From an uncultured Eubacteriales bacterium (lineage in GTDB: Bacteria; Bacillota; Clostridia; Oscillospirales; Acutalibacteraceae), in contig ONLO01000155.1 of NCBI GenBank assembly GCA_900318715.1, positions 1-42,426 on the forward strand: a stretch of 42,426 nucleotides of DNA, read 5' to 3'. Numbering within the stretch: the first letter of the stretch is position 1; each line of letters starts with the position of its first letter. Made by a program: the position numbers and the translations under genes. A model generated the notes under the pieces. That model searched no databases and was not told where the DNA came from. It saw nothing but the letters and a program-made list of their open reading frames with translations. Below are positions 1-7,106 of the stretch, piece by piece.

Positions 1-919
1 CCGGTACGTCGAGGTACCCGAGGTCCCGGCCAATGGCCATGACCTTTTCCATGCTGCGTCCGGACAGGGCCACTTTCCGGTTCTGGGAAATGGCGACGTT
101 GATGATCTGCTGGACGCGGTGGATGTTCGACGCAAAGGTGGCCACAATAATGCGCTTGTTTCCGGCCTTCGGGAACAGCGTTTCAAAGGACTGGCCGACC
201 GTGGACTCACTGGCTGAGTAGCCGGGCTTTTCGGCGTTGGTGGAATCCGCCAGGTAACAGAGGACCCCCTCTTTGCCGAGTTCGGCGAACCGGGCAAGGT
301 CAATCATCTGGCCGTCAATGGGCGTGGTGTCAATCTTGAGGTCACCCGAGTGGATGACGGTTCCGGCGTCACAGGTCAGTGCATAGGCCAGGGCATCCGG
401 AATGGAGTGGTTGACGTGGATGGCTTCAATGTTGAATGCGCCGAGGCGGAAGGTGTCGCCGGGCTCAATTTCGTGGAGTTCGCATTCCTGGAGAATGCCA
501 TGCTCTTCCAGCTTGCTCTCAATGAGACCGATGGCCAGCCGCGTGGCATAGACCGGCGCCTTCATCTGCTTGAGCAGGAACGGAAGGCTTCCGATGTGGT
601 CTTCGTGGCCGTGGGTAATGATGATGCCGCGGACACGGTCGGCGTTGCGGAACAGATAGGTAAAGTCCGGAATGACAAGGTCCACGCCGAGCATGTCGGG
701 TTCCGGGAACGTGGAACCGCAGTCCAGAAGGACAATGTCTCCGTCGTACTCGAACATGGTCATGTTCTTGCCGATTTCGTTGAGTCCGCCGATAAAGCCG
801 ATGCGGATGGGCTGATGGAAAATGGTTTTGTTCGTTGCTTTCGTCTTCTTTTTCGTTGTACTGGCTGCCTGTTTGCGCGTTCGTTTTCCGGAACGGCCTG
901 CAGCATTTCTGTTTGGCAT
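1..919 (-). CDS. rnj: Ribonuclease J (N-terminal part; gene runs off the left edge of the window)
   Basis: Absent from the ORF track because it has no stop inside the window. My translation from ATG 919..917 reads MPNRNAAGRSGKRTRKQAASTTKKKTKATNKTIFHQPIRIGFIGGLNEIGKNMTMFEYDGDIVLLDCGSTFPEPDMLGVDLVIPDFTYL...GIIITHGHEDHIGSLPFLLKQMKAPVYATRLAIGLIESKLEEHGI. This is the RNase J metallo-beta-lactamase domain with the HxHxDH motif. RBS AAAGGA lies 5 nt upstream. Confidence 0.85.
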   Translation of the reverse strand, partial: MPNRNAAGRSGKRTRKQAASTTKKKTKATNKTIFHQPIRIGFIGGLNEIGKNMTMFEYDGDIVLLDCGSTFPEPDMLGVDLVIPDFTYLFRNADRVRGIIITHGHEDHIGSLPFLLKQMKAPVYATRLAIGLIESKLEEHGILQECELHEIEPGDTFRLGAFNIEAIHVNHSIPDALAYALTCDAGTVIHSGDLKIDTTPIDGQMIDLARFAELGKEGVLCYLADSTNAEKPGYSASESTVGQSFETLFPKAGNKRIIVATFASNIHRVQQIINVAISQNRKVALSGRSMEKVMAIGRDLGYLDVP

Positions 920-999
920 AAGGTTCCTTTCTCTGTGAAAATGATATATAGAAGACCGGGGTTTCCGGCGAATAGGCATACTTCTCAAAGTGACTACTT

Positions 1000-1028
1000 A
1001 TTATATATTAATTATAAACGGCTGTCAA
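1000..1028 (-). promoter_or_regulatory. Candidate sigma-A promoter for rnj (TTGACA, 17 nt spacer, TATAAT)
   Basis: Minus strand reads TTGACAgccgtttataattaataTATAAT. The -35 is at 1023..1028 and the -10 at 1000..1005. This gives a leader of about 75 nt before ATG 919. Confidence 0.45.
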
Positions 1029-1031
1029 AAT

Positions 1032-1060
1032 TTGCCCCGTTCCCCTGTCCGTGTTAAAAT
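1032..1060 (+). promoter_or_regulatory. Candidate promoter for rnhA (TTGCCC, 17 nt spacer, TAAAAT with upstream TG)
   Basis: Plus strand reads TTGCCCcgttcccctgtccgTGtTAAAAT. RBS GGGAGG lies 6 nt before ATG 1091. Confidence 0.35.
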
Positions 1061-1090
1061 GGGTGGAATTTATTTCTAGGGAGGACCGGC

Positions 1091-1537
1091 ATGAGCACAC
1101 TGACCAAAGTGGAACTGTTCACCGACGGGGCCTGTTCCGGCAACCCCGGGCCCGGCGGCTGGGGCGCCATTCTGCGCCACGGCAAGGCGGAAAAGGAACT
1201 GCACGGCGGCGAGGCGGAAACCACCAACAACCGCATGGAACTGACCGCCGTCATTGAAGGCCTCCGCGCCCTCAAGCGTCCCTGTGACGTCACCATCTAT
1301 TCGGACTCCCAGTACGTGGTCAACGGCATTGAAAAGGGCTGGGCCGAGGGCTGGAAGCGCAACGGCTGGCGCAAGGCCGACAAAAAGCCGGCGCTCAACG
1401 CGGACCTCTGGGACGCGCTCCTCACCGAGCTGGAACCGCACACGGTCCAGTTCGTCTGGGTGAAGGGCCACGCCGGACATCCCGAAAACGAGCGCTGTGA
1501 CCAGATGGCCGTGGAAGAGTCCATGAAATTTGCATAA
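1091..1537 (+). CDS. rnhA: Ribonuclease HI
   Basis: 148 aa. [22 protein letters not shown]...[14 protein letters not shown]...IYSDSQYVV...[17 protein letters not shown] is the canonical RNase H1 DEDD-type signature. Confidence 0.9.
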   Translation: MSTLTKVELFTDGACSGNPGPGGWGAILRHGKAEKELHGGEAETTNNRMELTAVIEGLRALKRPCDVTIYSDSQYVVNGIEKGWAEGWKRNGWRKADKKPALNADLWDALLTELEPHTVQFVWVKGHAGHPENERCDQMAVEESMKFA

Positions 1538-1546
1538 AACAAAAAA

Positions 1547-1582
1547 GAACGGTCTCCGAAACATTCGGAGACCGTATTTTTT
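1547..1582. terminator. Bidirectional rho-independent terminator shared by rnhA (+) and the Hcp-like operon (-)
   Basis: Perfect 11-bp stem cggtctccgaa (1550..1560) / ttcggagaccg (1564..1574) with a 3-nt loop. An A-run lies on the left and tatttttt on the right. It sits between two convergent stop codons (1537 and 1585). Confidence 0.75.
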
Positions 1583-1584
1583 GG

Positions 1585-3372
1585 TTAGTCGTCGTCGGAC
1601 ACCAGACCCAGCTCGTGGTCCAAGACTTCCTTGACGTCTTCCGGATCCAGACCGTGGACCATGCAGGCCTCGGCCAGGGACTCGTAGAGTGCGGCGCCGC
1701 AGGTAATGCAGGACATGCCGCAGTTCATCAGGACTTCCGCCGAGCCCGGGTAGCGCTCCAGGATATCCACAATGAGCATATCCATATCAATGGGCTCGCC
1801 TTCGCCGGTCTGGACGCGTTTGGCAAACATGCCCTCCACATCTTCGTCCACGCTGCCGATGGTCTTCGTTCCGAAGTTCTTCTGGAAGACACCGGCAATG
1901 TTCTCGGTCATGAAGTCCGGCATGGCCGGCCCAATGAGAATGTTCTTGGCGCCGACATAGGTCAGGGCCAGCAGCGCGCACACGGATTTTTCGTCATCCA
2001 GCGAAACCAGGTACGAAATGGGTACGGCGTTAATGTCGTACTTCTCCAGATCCGCCTGCAGCTTGAGCGCCACCATGGCAATGGAGTACATGTCGGTAAG
2101 CTGTCCGGTGACCATCAGACGCGGCAGGCCGTGGACGGTCCCGAGGTTCTGATTCATCATCCGGTACGCCACGGAGCCGGCCGTCAGGATGGCCGAGTTC
2201 TTCGGCAGCTTCCCGGCAAGGTCCGTGTAATACTGTTCGGTTTCGCTGTCGGAATCCGAGCCGATGACCGCAACCATGCGTTCAATGGAACCGTCGTTCA
2301 GGGCGCCTTCCACCACGTCGAGCATCTTGAAGAGCTGCTCATGGGCAAAGCCGGCAATGAGTTCGCCTTTGCGGAGCTCTGCGGGCGGTTCACAGGTCTT
2401 GGCCAGTTTGATGACTTCCGAGTAGTCCGTCTCCCCTTCGTCGCTCGTCGGCAGAATGGTGACGCCGGGATAGTTGACGGGGCTGGCGGTGAACAGGCGG
2501 TCTTTATAGGCCTCTTCCGGCGGAAGCAGGCCGTCTCCGGCGACAACAACGGGGCCGTTGAACGAGGCAAAGTCGGCTGCCTGCGTCTTGACGGATCCGC
2601 CGTAGTTGCCGGCGAAGTGGTCGACATGTTTGAACTTCGGATAGGTGTGGACCGGCAGCATTTCTCCGTGGGTGTAGACTTCCACGCCGGTGCCTTCGGT
2701 CTGACGTAGGAGGGTCTCGAGCTCCGAAATGCCGCTTCCGGAAATGAGGATTCCCGGTTTTTTGCGGACGCCGAGTTCAATGTTGGTAATTTCCGGAACC
2801 CCGTAGGCTTCCGAGGCAGCCTTGTCCAGAAGGCCCATGGCGCGGTAGCCGAAGCCGCCGACTTCCATGGCAAGGTTGAAGAGAAGGCCGACGCTCAGGT
2901 TGAACTTCAGGGTTCTCTGCAGAACGCGCTGCAGGAACGGGCTGATGCCCTCGTCTTCGTAGCCGATTTCATAGGCCTGGGCCGCAAACAGAGCAACGCC
3001 TTTGAGTCCATAGACAATGAGCTGCCGGAGGCATTTTGCGTCCACATTGGCCGCGTCCCGGATGCGGAGGGTGGCCAGTTCCTTTTCGTATTCGTCCTCG
3101 CCGGCAGGGTCCCATAGGGCATCTTCCGGCAGAACACGCGTGGCCTTGATCTGTGCCATGTATTCCCGTTTCATGGCAAGCGTCTCGGCAATCCGGTTTT
3201 TCAGCACGTCTTCCGAGTAGCTGACGCCCTGGGAAGTCATGCAGAGGTTGTAGAGAATGGTCATGTCCGCTTCCTTCGGAACGTCAAGCAGCTCGACGCG
3301 CATTTCCGTGGTAACGGCTGACAGACTCTTGGTGGCAAGATCCAGAAGATCTCGGTAGTCGTTCAGGTTCAT
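1585..3372 (-). CDS. Hybrid-cluster-protein (Hcp/prismane) homolog lacking the recalled Fe-S ligand residues, fused to a C-terminal DUF1858 / redox-disulfide (CxxC) domain
   Basis: Blocks KPGILISG, LLRQTEGTGVEVYTHGEMLP, AGNYGG, GLPRL and ILIGPAMP match Hcp. The C-terminus ILERYPGSAEVLMNCGMSCITCGAALYESLAEACMVHGLD matches the Hcp-associated DUF1858 domain. ATG 3372 shares one nt with the upstream stop (TGATG); TTG 3375 is an alternative start. GGAGG lies upstream. Confidence 0.75.
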   Translation of the reverse strand: MNLNDYRDLLDLATKSLSAVTTEMRVELLDVPKEADMTILYNLCMTSQGVSYSEDVLKNRIAETLAMKREYMAQIKATRVLPEDALWDPAGEDEYEKELATLRIRDAANVDAKCLRQLIVYGLKGVALFAAQAYEIGYEDEGISPFLQRVLQRTLKFNLSVGLLFNLAMEVGGFGYRAMGLLDKAASEAYGVPEITNIELGVRKKPGILISGSGISELETLLRQTEGTGVEVYTHGEMLPVHTYPKFKHVDHFAGNYGGSVKTQAADFASFNGPVVVAGDGLLPPEEAYKDRLFTASPVNYPGVTILPTSDEGETDYSEVIKLAKTCEPPAELRKGELIAGFAHEQLFKMLDVVEGALNDGSIERMVAVIGSDSDSETEQYYTDLAGKLPKNSAILTAGSVAYRMMNQNLGTVHGLPRLMVTGQLTDMYSIAMVALKLQADLEKYDINAVPISYLVSLDDEKSVCALLALTYVGAKNILIGPAMPDFMTENIAGVFQKNFGTKTIGSVDEDVEGMFAKRVQTGEGEPIDMDMLIVDILERYPGSAEVLMNCGMSCITCGAALYESLAEACMVHGLDPEDVKEVLDHELGLVSDDD

Positions 3373-3566
3373 CAAAACAGGGTTCCTCCAATCAAACGAT
3401 TCCCGTCCGGATCGGCAGACACCATGACCGCCGATTCAAAATGATAAGGCAGAACGCCGCTCTCAAGACCGGCGTTTCTGGCCAGAATCCGGCTGGCAAA
3501 ACAGCCGGTTATAATTGTCAGGATCAGTACGATGACCGCCGCACGAAGCGCATTGTTTCTCTTCAT
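3372..3566 (-). CDS. Small (64 aa) predicted lipoprotein, unknown function
   Basis: MKRNNALRAAVIVLILTIITG|C has a basic N-region, a hydrophobic core and a lipobox-like I-T-G-C. It exactly fills the gap between its neighbours, with an ATGA overlap upstream and a TGATG overlap downstream. RBS AAAGGAG lies 8 nt before the ATG. Confidence 0.55.
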   Translation of the reverse strand: MKRNNALRAAVIVLILTIITGCFASRILARNAGLESGVLPYHFESAVMVSADPDGNRLIGGTLF

Positions 3567-4726
3567 ACGCCGCGCTCCTTTCGTCCCGCCACTTTGCGGG
3601 GTTTCACTTTGACGGCCGCCTTCTTCTCAGCCGGTTCCGGTTTCACGGCCGGCTTCGGTCTTGCGACCGCTTTGACTTTAATGACCGGGTTCTCCACGGC
3701 AGCCAGTTCCGGCTCCGGAACAGGATCCGGTCCCTCTTCCCATTTCAGTGCACGTCCCGCTTTGAATCCGCGGTCCGAATACTCCGGTTCGGCAGCCGGC
3801 TTCTTCGGCCGCTCTGCCCGGACTTCTTTCGCCGGTGCCTCTGCAGGCTTAGCGGCTTCCGCTTTCGCCGGTGCCTCTGCAGGCTTAACGGCTTCCGCTT
3901 CGGTTTTCACTGCCTCGGCAACGGCCGCTTCGGATTTCGCTGCTTTGGCCTGAGCTGCCTCCGTCCGCTGAAGTTCCTGGTAGAACAGATCCATCAGGGA
4001 ATGTTCTTCTTTGGGTGCGGGTTCCGCGGCTTTCTCTTCCGGGGCCGGAGCAGGTTCCGCAGCCTTCTCGGCCGGGGCTGATGCAGGTTCCGCGGCCTTC
4101 TCTGCCGGGGCCGGCACAGCTTCCTGAGCCGGTGCGGCCGCCTGGACCGCCGGTGCTTTCTTGTCGGGCTCCTCGGTCTCCGGTTCTTCTTCCGCTGACC
4201 GGAGAGCAGCCTGCATCTTGCGGCGGCGGATGTCGTAGATCAGTGCGCCAATGAGCGGCAAACCGATGGCAACCAACGCCCCAATGTCGTTGTCGAGGAA
4301 CAGAATAAAGCGTCCGACGAACGGAATGCGAAGTTTCATTTTGCCGAAGGTCTCATCCGGTGAAACGTCATAGAGGGCATTCCCCTGTCCGCCGGAAACC
4401 TGGATACTGCTGATTTCCGTGCCTTCCCGGCTGAGCGCCAGGACCTGACCGGCGGAAACGGAGCCGTCCCGTTCCAGAAATGCAATGGTGTCCATTACGT
4501 TGAAATAGTGCGGGTCGGTCTCCTGGAAAAACGCCAGGTCTCCGTTGGGCAGAACCGCAACGTAGTGACCGAACAGTTTGGGCGGCACCTGGTGCCGCAC
4601 GCTCTGGACCATAACTGCAAGATTAAATATAAGTACCGGAAGCAGCAGAACCGTAAGAACAATACCGAGAACGGTCCTGGCTTTGTTCGTGCCGGATGCA
4701 GAAGCTTTCGTATTTTGCTGCGCCAT
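3563..4726 (-). CDS. Two-TM membrane protein with a SipW-like (type I signal peptidase, S26B-like) layout but no visible catalytic motif, and a tail of roughly 200 aa rich in Ala/Pro/Glu/Lys repeats
   Basis: TM1 is TVLGIVLTVLLLPVLIFNLAVMV and TM2 is FILFLDNDIGALVAIGLPLIGALIY, followed by DIRRRK. The tail contains repeats such as APAEKAAEPA and KPAEAPAK. The track ORF starts at TTG 4765. I prefer ATG 4726 (MAQQNTK) because AAGAGG lies 7 nt upstream; ATG 4732 is also possible. Confidence 0.7.
   Translation of the reverse strand: MAQQNTKASASGTNKARTVLGIVLTVLLLPVLIFNLAVMVQSVRHQVPPKLFGHYVAVLPNGDLAFFQETDPHYFNVMDTIAFLERDGSVSAGQVLALSREGTEISSIQVSGGQGNALYDVSPDETFGKMKLRIPFVGRFILFLDNDIGALVAIGLPLIGALIYDIRRRKMQAALRSAEEEPETEEPDKKAPAVQAAAPAQEAVPAPAEKAAEPASAPAEKAAEPAPAPEEKAAEPAPKEEHSLMDLFYQELQRTEAAQAKAAKSEAAVAEAVKTEAEAVKPAEAPAKAEAAKPAEAPAKEVRAERPKKPAAEPEYSDRGFKAGRALKWEEGPDPVPEPELAAVENPVIKVKAVARPKPAVKPEPAEKKAAVKVKPRKVAGRKERGV
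3827..3898. repeat. 2 x 36-bp near-perfect tandem repeat inside the membrane-protein gene
   Basis: Unit tttcgccggtgcctctgcaggctta(g/a)cggcttccgc occurs at 3827..3862 and 3863..3898 with one mismatch. It encodes a duplicated KPAEAPAK-containing segment, in frame (12 codons per unit). Confidence 0.85.
4020..4118. repeat. 3 x 33-bp imperfect tandem repeat inside the membrane-protein gene
   Basis: Units begin with ggttccgc at 4020, 4053 and 4086. They encode APAEKAAEPAS / APAEKAAEPAP / APEEKAAEPAP, in frame (11 codons per unit). Confidence 0.8.
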
Positions 4727-4777
4727 AATCATGCCTCTTTTCCGCGAAGTACTGGACCCCGCCAAACTTACCGTACT

Positions 4778-4806
4778 ATTATAAGTCAGTGACGAATTGG
4801 ATACAA
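4778..4806 (-). promoter_or_regulatory. Sigma-A-type promoter of the three-gene operon (TTGTAT, 17 nt spacer, TATAAT)
   Basis: Minus strand reads TTGTATccaattcgtcactgactTATAAT. The -35 is at 4801..4806 and the -10 at 4778..4783. It lies in an AT-rich gap immediately downstream of the DUF2804 terminator. Confidence 0.55.
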
Positions 4807-4830
4807 GATAATTATTTATAAATAGATAAA

Positions 4831-4865
4831 AGGACCGCCTGTTTGAAAAAGGCGGTCCTTTTTTC
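4831..4865 (-). terminator. Rho-independent terminator after the DUF2804-like gene
   Basis: Stem aggaccgcc (4831..4839) / ggcggtcct (4851..4859). U-rich tracts flank it on both strands. Confidence 0.65.
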
Positions 4866-4891
4866 AGAAATAACTGTTTTCCCGGTTCTTC

Positions 4892-5989
4892 TCAGATGCG
4901 CAGGCTCTTGTCCTCGCCAATGCCGCACATGCCGTCCACGACATATTTGGTGCCGTCTTCGTCACAGATGTAGCCTTTCAGGACACCGAACGTAATGGAG
5001 TAGTCGGCCTTAATGTGACCAATGGTGAACTTCAGAAGGTTCCGGTCGCCGATGTCGTAGGTCAGGTCGACCATGCCGTAGTTGTCGGTAATGCGCCAAT
5101 AATCATAGGTCAGGTGCTCGAACTTGACCGGCGTGATCCGGCTGGATTTTCCCTCGAGCCACAGGATGTTCTCGTTGTAGTCATCCTGGTTGATGGACTG
5201 GTTCCGGGTCAGGTTGAAGCCAAACTTCCGCTTCTCCCCGTTCACAAGGCCGTAGCCCATGGACGTGACCCAGTCGTAGTGCGAGTCGAACGGATAGTAT
5301 CCTCTGTGGTCGTCAATAATGGCCATGGAGGCCTCGGTTGCCAGATACTTCTTGCCATTAAAGACAATGTAGCCCTCCACGGTGAACAGATCCTTCTGGG
5401 TGTACAGGGTCTTGTGGGCATCCATGGGAATGCTGACGACGCTCGGGACCGACCAGCGGGTCAGGTCAAAGTCGAGTTCCATCTTGCCGGCGGGACCGCG
5501 GCCATGGCTGCTGACATGCGCCTTGCCATGGTTGAAGTCGTTGACCATGGTGACATTGTTCAGCGGGCCTTTGCCGGCCGTTGTGGAACCGTCCAGCAGC
5601 GTCTCCGACATGTTGCCGGAAGCCGGGCTCATCCAGGCATATTTTTTCTTTTCTTTTTTGTCGTAGACCAGCGTCAGGCAGATGCCGATGAGGCCGGCCA
5701 GCTTGGAAAAGGCCACCAGGATGGCCAGGTCGTCGTCCAGGTTGATTTCACAGGCTTCCCAGAGCGTAATCCGGTTCTTGTTGGTGAAATCCGGAAGAAT
5801 GGACTGGTTGTGGATGTCCAGGAAATTCAGGTGCTGGAACTCCTTGTCAAAGGTTCCGAGAACCGGCCTGCCGTTTTCGTCAATAATGGAATCCGGGGTC
5901 GGGACCGGGATCCGCTTGTCCGAGAGGACACTGGCAAACCCCTTCGCCGGCGCCGCGGCTTCGGTCGTTTTCTTTTTCTTGCCAAACAT
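4892..5989 (-). CDS. DUF2804-like protein (unknown function)
   Basis: The family assignment is from memory of DUF2804 sequence character: the W-rich core RITLWEAC...LAGLIGICLTLVYD and the C-terminal GIGEDKS motif. The track ORF starts at 6040. I prefer ATG 5989 (MFGKKKK) because GAGGA lies 8 nt upstream. Confidence 0.55.
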   Translation of the reverse strand: MFGKKKKTTEAAAPAKGFASVLSDKRIPVPTPDSIIDENGRPVLGTFDKEFQHLNFLDIHNQSILPDFTNKNRITLWEACEINLDDDLAILVAFSKLAGLIGICLTLVYDKKEKKKYAWMSPASGNMSETLLDGSTTAGKGPLNNVTMVNDFNHGKAHVSSHGRGPAGKMELDFDLTRWSVPSVVSIPMDAHKTLYTQKDLFTVEGYIVFNGKKYLATEASMAIIDDHRGYYPFDSHYDWVTSMGYGLVNGEKRKFGFNLTRNQSINQDDYNENILWLEGKSSRITPVKFEHLTYDYWRITDNYGMVDLTYDIGDRNLLKFTIGHIKADYSITFGVLKGYICDEDGTKYVVDGMCGIGEDKSLRI

Positions 5990-6086
5990 AGGTTCTATCC
6001 TCACTTTCTGTGCCATTTCACAAATCAACTGGTAACCCATCCGGGCTCAGAAAAGCGCTCTTGTCCGAACAACTTATCCATCCTCT

Positions 6087-6115
6087 ATTTTAAGGGAATC
6101 TTTATCCTGTGTCAA
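6087..6115 (-). promoter_or_regulatory. Sigma-A-type promoter of the DUF2804-like gene (TTGACA, 17 nt spacer, TAAAAT)
   Basis: Minus strand reads TTGACAcaggataaagattccctTAAAAT. The -35 is at 6110..6115 and the -10 at 6087..6092. The leader is about 90 nt. Confidence 0.5.
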
Positions 6116-6136
6116 TTTTCGAAAAGTATTTTGGTC

Positions 6137-6173
6137 CGAAAAAATGCAGGCACGGCTTTTCGGCCGCACCTGC
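6137..6173 (-). terminator. Rho-independent terminator after rsgA
   Basis: Minus-strand RNA reads gcaggugcggc-cgaaaa-gccgugccugc, an 11-bp stem with two G-U pairs, followed by auuuuuu. Confidence 0.65.
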
Positions 6174-6185
6174 GTCTGTTTTGCT

Positions 6186-7091
6186 TTACTTTTTGAGTTC
6201 CCAGCTGCTGACGTTCCGCACCTCTTCGTACATGGCCAGGTAGCTCTGGTAGCGCCCGGGCGCAATGTCCCGCCGCTGCACCGCCGCCCGTACCGCACAG
6301 CCGGTATCTGAGGTGTGCGAACAGTTTGGGAAGAACTTGCACTGGGAGAGGAACGGGCGGAATTCCGGAAAGTAGAGTTCCAGGTCCTCCTTGAGGATAA
6401 TTTCGTTCTTCTCCATTTCGAGCGATGCAAAACCCGGCGTATCCACCACGTATCCACCGGCCACAGAGAGGAGTGTGCACTCCCTTGTCGTGTGTTTCCC
6501 CCGCCCCAGCTTCCGGCTGATTTCCTGGGTCGGGAGCTGAAGGTCCGGGTCCAGGGCGTTGAGGAGCGTGGACTTGCCGACCCCGGAGTTTCCGGTGAAC
6601 GCACTGGTCTTGTCCTTCAGGACGACGCGCAGTTCCTCAATGCCGACGTTGTCGGTGGCACAGGTCTCCAGCGTAATGAACCCGGCGCTGGAGTAGGCCT
6701 GATGCAGTTCGGAAACGTCCGCCAGGTCCGACTTGTTGAGCACAATGACCGGGTCAATGTCGTTGCGCAGCGCCATGCAGGTCAGCCGGTCTATGAGCAG
6801 CGGGTTCGGGCGCGGCTCGGAACCGGACACCACAATGACCAGCTGGTCTATGTTGGCAACCGGCGGCCGGCGCATGCTGTTGCGCCGCGGCAGGATTTCG
6901 GTTATGACGTTCTCGTTCTCCCCTTCGTGGAGGGTAATGAACACCTGGTCGCCGACGAGCGGCGTAATTTTTTCCTTGCGGAATGCGCCGCGCGCCCGGC
7001 ATTCAAAAACTCCGTCGGCGGCCTCTACGTAATAGAAGCCGCCGATGCCTTTTATAATGGTTCCTTTGCGGGTATTGGAAGTGTCCGCCAT
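6186..7091 (-). CDS. rsgA: Ribosome small-subunit-dependent GTPase A
   Basis: Has the circularly permuted GTPase motifs LNKSDL and GNSGVGKSTLLNAL, plus the C-terminal Zn cluster CKFFPNCSHTSDTGCAV. ATG 7091 has GGAGG 5 nt upstream. The track start, TTG 7106, abuts the prkC stop. Confidence 0.9.
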   Translation of the reverse strand: MADTSNTRKGTIIKGIGGFYYVEAADGVFECRARGAFRKEKITPLVGDQVFITLHEGENENVITEILPRRNSMRRPPVANIDQLVIVVSGSEPRPNPLLIDRLTCMALRNDIDPVIVLNKSDLADVSELHQAYSSAGFITLETCATDNVGIEELRVVLKDKTSAFTGNSGVGKSTLLNALDPDLQLPTQEISRKLGRGKHTTRECTLLSVAGGYVVDTPGFASLEMEKNEIILKEDLELYFPEFRPFLSQCKFFPNCSHTSDTGCAVRAAVQRRDIAPGRYQSYLAMYEEVRNVSSWELKK

Positions 7092-7106
7092 GCCGTCCTC
7101 CGTCAA

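Noticed and set aside
350-1057. 235-aa +-strand ORF at the left edge, and minus-strand ORFs 1054..1564 overlapping rnhA.
   Set aside because: The first is antisense to the clearly recognisable RNase J N-terminal domain. The others are antisense to rnhA. None has motifs or an RBS.
3827-4118. Tandem repeats that could be mistaken for a CRISPR-like or minisatellite element.
   Set aside because: The units are directly adjacent with no spacers. They are in frame and encode the low-complexity tail of the membrane protein. There are no cas genes anywhere in the window.
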